DNA from: Sarcina sp.
GTDB taxonomy: Bacteria > Bacillota > Clostridia > Clostridiales > Clostridiaceae
DNA: 32,000 nt
Reading direction: 5' to 3'
Assembly: GCA_051650125.1 (NCBI GenBank)
Contig: JBOFIK010000013.1
Coordinates: 40,598-72,597, forward strand
Shown: positions 25,418-32,000 of the stretch, piece after piece
Layout: each line of letters begins with the position of its first letter
How positions within the stretch are numbered: position 1 is the stretch's first letter
Program-made: the position numbers and the translations under genes
The notes under the pieces: generated by a model
Databases searched by the model: none
Told to the model about the DNA's origin: nothing
Seen by the model: only the letters and a program-made list of their open reading frames with translations

Positions 25418-26623
25418 ATGCAAAGAGATAAAAGAATAGCAAGAATATTTTATCTGTCAATCTTATTATGGCCATTAATATTTGTTATAAATGAAATAAT
25501 CAAAATTCCAAATGTTTTTCTAAGTTTGATATATGCATTAATAGGATTAGCGTACATCTATAATTTAAATATAAAGAAATTTAAAGTTTTATTTGCTGGA
25601 TTTCTAATAATAGGATTTTCGCAAGTGTTTATACTAGTTACCAGTTTGAATTTTTCAACGACATTAGAGGGTGTTAGTAATATGGCTAAATTTTGTATAA
25701 GATGGTCACATTTTATCATTTATTTTAACGTATTAGCTGAAGGTCGAGTATTAAGAACCATAGATGGATATATGCATAAAAATATCAAGTTAATGTTAAG
25801 AGTGACAAAAATAACACTAGCTATAATTATTATTTCATTTCCATTTGCGTTTGCTTATGAAAAAGTATGGGAAGGTAAATATTTTAAATCGATATTTTAT
25901 AGTCCGCATGTAAATAGTTATTTTTTATTAGGGATAATGAGTATTTTTATTTATGGATATTTAAAAAATAAAGACAAAAAAATAAATTTATTGCTAGCGA
26001 TTATAAGTAGTGGGTTAAATATGCTTACAGGGGCAAGAACAACTGGAATTTTAAGTTTAGGAGTACTAGGGCTATTGATTCTTTATGTAGTTAGTAAAAA
26101 TCTAAAAATATTAAAGTATGGATTAATAACTTTAGTAATATTTTTAGCAGGAAATATCATATTTAAGGTTATTGATTTTTCTCAAATCCCTTTATTTGAA
26201 AAATTTATGAATGTTCTTAATGATCCATCTGGTTTCTTAAATGGGAGAAATTATATTTGGATGAATATGTTTAATTACACAAAAGATTATTCAAACTTAC
26301 TTAATTATATTTTTGGTGTGGGGTTTGCACAATCAATAAACATTAATTTTATGTATATTCAACAAGGCTTATGGAGTCACAATGATTTGGTTGAAACATT
26401 TGTAGGTGGTGGAATAATTGGATTATATATGTACATAAATGCTTTGAAAGTTTATATAGTAAAAAGTAAAGAGTATATATTTTCATTTATAATAATTTTT
26501 ATAATGTTTTTCAATGGGTTATTTTTATATACAGAATTACTAGTATTTATTCCCATAATAACATTATGTGGTAAAAATATAATTGATGGAATAATATTTA
26601 ATTTTAAGGAGTTGGCAAAATGA
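25418..26623 (+). CDS. O-antigen polymerase/ligase family (Wzy-like) polytopic membrane protein
   Basis: 401 aa with about 10 or more hydrophobic segments and a larger loop near the C-terminal third (NGRNYIWMN...WSHNDLVE). It sits inside a polysaccharide locus and is extremely AT-rich. Confidence 0.65.
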   Translation: MQRDKRIARIFYLSILLWPLIFVINEIIKIPNVFLSLIYALIGLAYIYNLNIKKFKVLFAGFLIIGFSQVFILVTSLNFSTTLEGVSNMAKFCIRWSHFIIYFNVLAEGRVLRTIDGYMHKNIKLMLRVTKITLAIIIISFPFAFAYEKVWEGKYFKSIFYSPHVNSYFLLGIMSIFIYGYLKNKDKKINLLLAIISSGLNMLTGARTTGILSLGVLGLLILYVVSKNLKILKYGLITLVIFLAGNIIFKVIDFSQIPLFEKFMNVLNDPSGFLNGRNYIWMNMFNYTKDYSNLLNYIFGVGFAQSININFMYIQQGLWSHNDLVETFVGGGIIGLYMYINALKVYIVKSKEYIFSFIIIFIMFFNGLFLYTELLVFIPIITLCGKNIIDGIIFNFKELAK

Positions 26624-27513
26624 AGGGTATAATTTTAGCAGGTGGATCAGGAACGAGACTTTATCCAGTTACAAAGGCAATGTCAAAGCAAATGGCAGCA
26701 ATTTATGATAAACCAATGATTTATTATCCAATGTCAGTTTTGATGCTTGCGGGGATAAAAGATATTTTAATAATTTCAACAGAAAGAGATTTACCGAATT
26801 TTAAAGAATTGTTTGGAACAGGTTTAGAATTAGGACTTAATATAGAATATAAGGTACAAGAACAACCTAATGGATTAGCAGAGGCATTCATCATAGGAGA
26901 TGAGTTTATTGGTGAAGATAATGTTGCATTAATATTAGGTGACAATATTTTCTATGGTCAAAACTTTAGTTCACATTTAAATGAAGCCGCGAGTCTTGAG
27001 ACTGGAGCTATGGTATTTGGGTATTATGTTCAAGATCCGAGGGCTTTTGGTGTTGTTGGGTTTAATGAGAGTGGACAAGTTACTTCACTTGAAGAAAAAC
27101 CGGAAGAACCAAAATCAAAATATGCAGTTCCAGGTTTATACTTCTATGATAATAGTGTCGTAGAAAAAGCTAAAGGACTTAAGCCATCTGTTAGAGGAGA
27201 ACTTGAGATTACAGATTTAAATAGAATATACATGGAAGAGCAAACTTTAAAAGTTAATTTGCTTGGTAGAGGGATGGCTTGGATGGATACAGGAACACAT
27301 GCATCAATGCTTCAAGCTTCAAATTTTGTGGAAGCAGTACAAAATACACAAGGTACATATATAGCATGTCTTGAGGAAATTGCATACAGACAAGGGTGGA
27401 TTTCAAGTAAGGAAGTTTTAGAACTTGCAAAGCCGTTAATGAAAACTGGATATGGAAAATATCTAGTGGAAATAGTTGAAGAAATAGAAGCTAAAAAAAT
27501 AGTAACTGTTTAG
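26620..27513 (+). CDS. rfbA: glucose-1-phosphate thymidylyltransferase
   Basis: [18 protein letters not shown]...YDKPMIYYP...LGDNIF, the canonical RmlA pattern. An ATGA start/stop overlap links it to the upstream gene. Confidence 0.95.
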   Translation: MKGIILAGGSGTRLYPVTKAMSKQMAAIYDKPMIYYPMSVLMLAGIKDILIISTERDLPNFKELFGTGLELGLNIEYKVQEQPNGLAEAFIIGDEFIGEDNVALILGDNIFYGQNFSSHLNEAASLETGAMVFGYYVQDPRAFGVVGFNESGQVTSLEEKPEEPKSKYAVPGLYFYDNSVVEKAKGLKPSVRGELEITDLNRIYMEEQTLKVNLLGRGMAWMDTGTHASMLQASNFVEAVQNTQGTYIACLEEIAYRQGWISSKEVLELAKPLMKTGYGKYLVEIVEEIEAKKIVTV

Positions 27514-27526
27514 AGGGGGATTAAAG

Positions 27527-28096
27527 TTGAGTAATTTTAATTTTATAGAAACTAAAATCAAAGATTTATATATTATAGAACCTAAAGTATTTGGGGATGA
27601 TAGAGGATACTTTATGGAATCTTACAATGAGAGCAGTTTTAAAGAAGCAGGTCTTGCTATGAGATTTGTTCAGGACAATGAATCAAGATCTAAAAAAGGT
27701 GTTTTAAGGGGATTACATTTTCAAACTAAACATACGCAGGGGAAACTTGTAAGAGTTACTGAGGGAGAAGTTTTTGATGTAGCAGTAGACCTTAGAAAAG
27801 GTTCACCAACTTACGGAATGTGGGAAGGTGTAACTTTAACAGCTGCAAATAAAAAGCAGTTTTATGTTCCAGAAGGATTTGCACATGGATTTTTAGTTTT
27901 ATCTGAGTACGCAACTTTTAATTATAAGTGTACTGATTTCTATGCGCCAGAATATGATAGTGGATTAATTTGGAATGATAGTGATGTGGACATTAAATGG
28001 CCACTAGAAGGTATTGAAGAAATTCTATTATCTGAAAAAGATAAAATACAAAAAACTTTAAAAGATTTAGACGTACCGTTTACGTGCGGTAAATAG
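27527..28096 (+). CDS. rfbC: dTDP-4-dehydrorhamnose 3,5-epimerase
   Basis: 189 aa with the RmlC cupin motifs (IEPKVFGDDRGYFMESYN, RGLHFQ, GFAHGF). It has a TTG start preceded by an aggggga RBS. Confidence 0.93.
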   Translation: MSNFNFIETKIKDLYIIEPKVFGDDRGYFMESYNESSFKEAGLAMRFVQDNESRSKKGVLRGLHFQTKHTQGKLVRVTEGEVFDVAVDLRKGSPTYGMWEGVTLTAANKKQFYVPEGFAHGFLVLSEYATFNYKCTDFYAPEYDSGLIWNDSDVDIKWPLEGIEEILLSEKDKIQKTLKDLDVPFTCGK

Positions 28097-28130
28097 GCAA
28101 AATTAAATTAGTGTTTTAGGGGATAAAATT

Positions 28131-29030
28131 ATGAAGATATTAATAACTGGTTCAAATGGACAACTCGGAAACGAACTTCAAGATATTATAAGAAAAGGTT
28201 ATTCGGAAATAGGTAAAGTTTCAGAAAAGGTAGTGAGTGCAGAGGTTATTGCAGTTGATGTAGATAAGTTTAATATAACGAATGAATTACAAGTTAAAGA
28301 ATTTATTATAGAAGAAAAACCAGATGTAGTAATAAACTGTGCTGCATATACAAACGTGGATAAGTGTGAAGAGTGTAAAAATATTGCATATGAAATAAAT
28401 GCAGTCGGACCTAAATACTTAGCACAAGCATGTGAAGTTATAGGTGCAAAATTTGTTCAAGTCTCAACAGATTATGTATTTGAAGGAACAGGCAATGTAC
28501 CATTTACAGAAAATTCTAATTTGAATCCACAAAGTGAGTATGGTAGATCAAAACTTGACGGAGAAAAATTTGTAAGTGAGTTTTGTACTAAACATTTTAT
28601 TGTAAGAACAGCATGGCTTTATGGGTATGTTGGAAATAACTTTGTTTATACAATGAGAAATCTTGGTGAATCTAAAGAGAGTTTAATGGTTGTGGATGAC
28701 CAAAGAGGAAATCCAACTCATGCAAATGATTTAGCTTATCACATACTTAGAATGATAGAAACTGAAACCTATGGAGTATATCATTGTACTGGGAAAGGTG
28801 AATGTTCATGGTATGATTTTGCAGCAGAGATTATGAGATTATCAAATCTTAATTGCAACGTTAATCCATGTACAACAGAAGAATTTCCAAGACCAGCAAA
28901 AAGACCAGAGTATTCATCACTAGATAATAAAATGCTTAGAGAAACAATTGGTGATGAGATGAGAGCATGGAAAGAAGCATTAGAAATTTTTGTTAATAAA
29001 ATACAGGAGAGAGAGAATGAGCAAACGTAG
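28131..29030 (+). CDS. rfbD: dTDP-4-dehydrorhamnose reductase
   Basis: 299 aa with MKILITGSNGQLG (Rossmann fold), the STDYVF motif and the YGRSK catalytic motif. Confidence 0.93.
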   Translation: MKILITGSNGQLGNELQDIIRKGYSEIGKVSEKVVSAEVIAVDVDKFNITNELQVKEFIIEEKPDVVINCAAYTNVDKCEECKNIAYEINAVGPKYLAQACEVIGAKFVQVSTDYVFEGTGNVPFTENSNLNPQSEYGRSKLDGEKFVSEFCTKHFIVRTAWLYGYVGNNFVYTMRNLGESKESLMVVDDQRGNPTHANDLAYHILRMIETETYGVYHCTGKGECSWYDFAAEIMRLSNLNCNVNPCTTEEFPRPAKRPEYSSLDNKMLRETIGDEMRAWKEALEIFVNKIQERENEQT

Positions 29031-30117
29031 TTCGTATGTAGATGTTATTAAAGGTTTAGCTATAATAGCTGTAGTATATGGACATGCGGCTGGGCCTAAT
29101 ATTCAAATAGTATATTTATATCATTTAGCATTATTCTTTTTTATATCAGGTTATTTATTAAAAAAAGAGGATACTAAAAGGCCATCAGAATATATTTTTA
29201 AGAAAATAAAAAATTTGATTTTTCCAACTATAAAATATTACATTATTTTTACTTGTTTTCATAATTTATTTTTAAAACTTAAAATTTACGTATTTCCAGT
29301 TGGAAATACGAATTTAACAGAGGTATATAAATATGATTTTGAAAATTTTATAGGGGCATTAACAAGCTCCTTAACGATGAATACGTGGGAACCGATTGCA
29401 GGATCTATGTGGTTTATAAAACCATTATTTATGGTTATGATTTTTTTAAGTTTAATATTTTATTTCACAGATAAAATAACAGATAATAAAACAATAAAAT
29501 TTGCAATGAGAAACTTCATTATTTTATTTGTGGGGATAATTGGATGTAAATTTGTTGATACAAATCATATATTGCCGTGGAGAAGTGAAATATCGTTTTT
29601 AGTAATTCCGTTAGTGTATCTAGGTTATCTCATTAAAGAATATGCAATAGGTATATTAAAAAATAAAATAATCTTAATTGTAGCGTGTATTATTTTTGTT
29701 ATAAACATAAAGTTAAATACTGTGATAGATTTAGGGGCTAATATAATTGGAAATCCAATTAATTTTTATTTAGTATCTCTTAGTGGAATATATTTAAATT
29801 TTTATATAGCAAAAATTTTATCAAAATCTAAAAAAATAGAAAAAGTATTGGCAACAATCGGAAATAAATCATTTCATATAATGGCTTTACATATATTATC
29901 TTTTAAATTAATAAATATAATTGATGTAATTCTCAACAATAAAGAAAAAATTGAAATTTCTAGATATCCAGTATCTAATAGCAACCTTTATATTTGGTAT
30001 AGTATCGTGGGAATAGTATTGCCAATTATTCTTTTAAAAATAATAGATATTTTTAGTGGGAAATTAACTGAGCTAAAAAAGAAGAAATTAGAAAAAAATG
30101 TAAGGTTGAAAATATGA
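29017..30117 (+). CDS. acyltransferase family 3 (OafA/OatA-type) integral membrane O-acyltransferase
   Basis: I chose the start at ATG 29017 because of the aggagagagag RBS. It overlaps the rfbD 3' end by 14 nt. The N-terminus YVDVIKGLAIIAVVYGH is typical of the Acyl_transf_3 family, and there are about 10 TM segments. Confidence 0.8.
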   Translation: MSKRSSYVDVIKGLAIIAVVYGHAAGPNIQIVYLYHLALFFFISGYLLKKEDTKRPSEYIFKKIKNLIFPTIKYYIIFTCFHNLFLKLKIYVFPVGNTNLTEVYKYDFENFIGALTSSLTMNTWEPIAGSMWFIKPLFMVMIFLSLIFYFTDKITDNKTIKFAMRNFIILFVGIIGCKFVDTNHILPWRSEISFLVIPLVYLGYLIKEYAIGILKNKIILIVACIIFVINIKLNTVIDLGANIIGNPINFYLVSLSGIYLNFYIAKILSKSKKIEKVLATIGNKSFHIMALHILSFKLINIIDVILNNKEKIEISRYPVSNSNLYIWYSIVGIVLPIILLKIIDIFSGKLTELKKKKLEKNVRLKI

Positions 30118-30155
30118 AATTTGGATAAATTGATAGGGAAGATGAGGGAGTAATA

Positions 30156-31175
30156 ATGAAGACATATTTAGTAACAGGTGGAGCAGGATTTATAGGATCA
30201 AACTTTGTTTTATACATGTTAGAAAAGTATAAGGAAATAAAAATAATTAATTTAGATAAATTAACATATGCAGGGAATTTAGAAAACCTTAAATCAATAG
30301 AAAATGATGCAAGACATATTTTCGTTCAAGGAGATATTTGCGATAAAGAACTTGTAGCAAGTTTATTTGAAAAATATGATATTGATTATGTAGCACATTT
30401 TGCAGCTGAGTCACATGTTGATAGAAGTATAGAGAATCCAGAAGTGTTTGTACAAACAAATGTAATGGGAACTAATAATTTATTGAATTGTGCTAAAAAA
30501 GCATGGGAAACTATTGAAGGTTGGAAAATAGGAGTTAAATTTCTACATGTTTCAACTGATGAAGTATATGGATCACTTGGAGATGAAGGATTCTTTATGG
30601 AAACTACACCGATAGATCCACATAGTCCATATTCAGCGAGCAAAGCAGGTTCTGATCTATTAGTACAAGCTTATGCAGATACTTATAAAATGCCAGTTAA
30701 CATAACAAGATGCTCAAATAACTATGGACCATTTCAATTTCTAGAAAAATTAATACCACTTTTAATAAATAACTGTTTAGAGTTAAAAGACTTACCAGTA
30801 TATGGTGATGGACTTAATATTAGAGACTGGTTATACGTAGAAGATCATGCAAAAGCAATTGATATGGTAATTAATGATGGTAGACACGGTGAGGTCTATA
30901 ATGTTGGTGGTCATAATGAGAGGACAAACATTCAAATAGTTAAAACTGTTATAGGGTATTTAAATGAGAATGTAAATGAGGAAATAACAGAAGTTCTAAT
31001 TAAGTATGTTGAAGATAGAAAAGGACATGACAGAAGATATGGAATAGATCCAACAAAAATAAAAAAAGAACTTGGGTGGTACCCAGAAACAACATTTGAA
31101 GTTGGAATAAAGAAAACTATTAAGTGGTATTTAGAAAATGAAGAGTGGATAAAAAATTTAACTAATAATAAATAG
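30156..31175 (+). CDS. rfbB: dTDP-glucose 4,6-dehydratase
   Basis: 339 aa with VTGGAGFIGSNF, the catalytic motifs STDEVYG and YSASKAGSD. RBS is gagggag. Confidence 0.95.
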   Translation: MKTYLVTGGAGFIGSNFVLYMLEKYKEIKIINLDKLTYAGNLENLKSIENDARHIFVQGDICDKELVASLFEKYDIDYVAHFAAESHVDRSIENPEVFVQTNVMGTNNLLNCAKKAWETIEGWKIGVKFLHVSTDEVYGSLGDEGFFMETTPIDPHSPYSASKAGSDLLVQAYADTYKMPVNITRCSNNYGPFQFLEKLIPLLINNCLELKDLPVYGDGLNIRDWLYVEDHAKAIDMVINDGRHGEVYNVGGHNERTNIQIVKTVIGYLNENVNEEITEVLIKYVEDRKGHDRRYGIDPTKIKKELGWYPETTFEVGIKKTIKWYLENEEWIKNLTNNK

Positions 31176-31191
31176 GTTTATTGGAGGGTAT

Positions 31192-32000
31192 ATGGTGAAA
31201 GTAACAATAATTATACCAGTATATAATGCCATTGAAAATATAGAGGAAACTTTAAGGTCAGCAATTAATCAAACTTATGAAAATAAGGAAATTATATTGA
31301 TTGATGATGGTAGTAATGATGGTTCAGGAGAAGTTATTAAAAAATATTTAAATAAAAATATTTTTTATTTTTATCAAGAAAATAAAGGTGTATCAGTAGC
31401 TAGAAATAAAGGGATAGAATTAGCAAGTGGTGATTATATAATGTTTTTAGACAGTGATGATATTTTAGATGAAAATAAGGTGATAAAACAAATTGAAGCC
31501 ATAAAGAGGGATAAAGCAGATATATGTTATTGTGGATATAATCTTTGGGAAAAAAAGAAAAATACATATAATAAATATAATATGAAATTTAAAAAAGGAT
31601 TTATTTTAGAAGATTATTTAAATGAAAATACTATTCCTCAAACTTGTACATGGTTGATTGATAAAAAAATACTTAAAAAAGTAGACTTGAAATTTACAGA
31701 TGGATGCAGTTGGGGAGAAGACATAGAGTTTTTTTCAAAATTACTTTTAAAAGGAAAATGTACATATGTAAAGGAGTTTTTAGTAAATTATAGAGTAGAT
31801 AATACTCACTCATTAACTAGGGACTTTGAATTTAGTTATAGAGATATAGAAATGTGGGAAAGGTTGATTGAGTGGTTAAGTCTTAATTCACAAGTGGAAA
31901 ATGATGTAGCTAAATATAAAAAAATTATAAATAACTACAGAATTAATAGAAGTTATATAGATACAATATTAAAAAATATTGAAAAAAAGGAGGTTTTTAA
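31192..32000 (+). CDS. glycosyltransferase family 2 (partial; runs off the window end)
   Basis: My hand translation stays open from ATG 31192 to nt 32000. It begins MVKVTIIIPVYNAIENIEETLRSAINQTYENKEIILIDDGSNDGS...LDSDD. RBS is ggaggg. Confidence 0.85.
   Translation, partial: MVKVTIIIPVYNAIENIEETLRSAINQTYENKEIILIDDGSNDGSGEVIKKYLNKNIFYFYQENKGVSVARNKGIELASGDYIMFLDSDDILDENKVIKQIEAIKRDKADICYCGYNLWEKKKNTYNKYNMKFKKGFILEDYLNENTIPQTCTWLIDKKILKKVDLKFTDGCSWGEDIEFFSKLLLKGKCTYVKEFLVNYRVDNTHSLTRDFEFSYRDIEMWERLIEWLSLNSQVENDVAKYKKIINNYRINRSYIDTILKNIEKKEVF

Noticed and set aside
1-32000. A window-wide search for mobile elements, prophage genes, defence systems, CRISPR arrays, and tRNA or rRNA genes.
   Set aside because: No transposase, integrase or recombinase ORFs are present, and no terminal inverted repeats flank any block. 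There are no cloverleaf-like GC-rich segments. No ORF lacks a plausible housekeeping or polysaccharide-locus assignment, apart from the small ORFs reported above.

Overview
This is a very AT-rich chromosomal segment that looks Clostridia-like. That taxonomic guess rests on codon usage, GGAGG-type ribosome-binding sites (RBSs), many TGnTATAAT promoters and the gene content. Positions 1 to about 22,000 are ordinary core genes. In order they are: an alkaline-phosphatase-superfamily phosphodiesterase divergent from a zinc-ribbon NUDIX hydrolase; a lysine riboswitch followed by lysA; two tandem signal peptidase I paralogs; ftsH; a HelD-type helicase; a BMP-lipoprotein nucleoside-type ABC transporter (4 genes); a threonine-aldolase-family PLP enzyme; a 69-aa orphan; an LCP ligase; a Cof-type HAD phosphatase; prfC; and a small P-loop ATPase. 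From 22,610 to the window end there is a same-strand rhamnose-containing cell-surface polysaccharide locus. It encodes a small phosphoglycosyl transferase, a DUF1972 glycosyltransferase (GT), a GT2, a Wzy/O-antigen-ligase-family protein, rmlA, rmlC, rmlD, an acyltransferase-3, rmlB and a partial GT2. I see no tRNA or rRNA genes, IS elements, integrases, CRISPR arrays, toxin-antitoxin pairs or recognisable defence genes, so I cannot support a claim of a novel multi-gene system here. The unexplained signals are all non-coding or small. The first is a perfect 40-bp tandem repeat, with an internal palindrome, in a long structured 3' UTR after the ABC permease genes. The second is a roughly 180-nt hairpin-rich leader with a 15-codon upstream ORF (uORF) ahead of the P-loop ATPase. 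The third is a perfect 29-bp palindrome between the divergent promoters of that ATPase and the polysaccharide locus. The fourth is a 50-codon ORF whose stop abuts the start of the second signal peptidase. The fifth is an acyltransferase gene wedged inside the rml operon.
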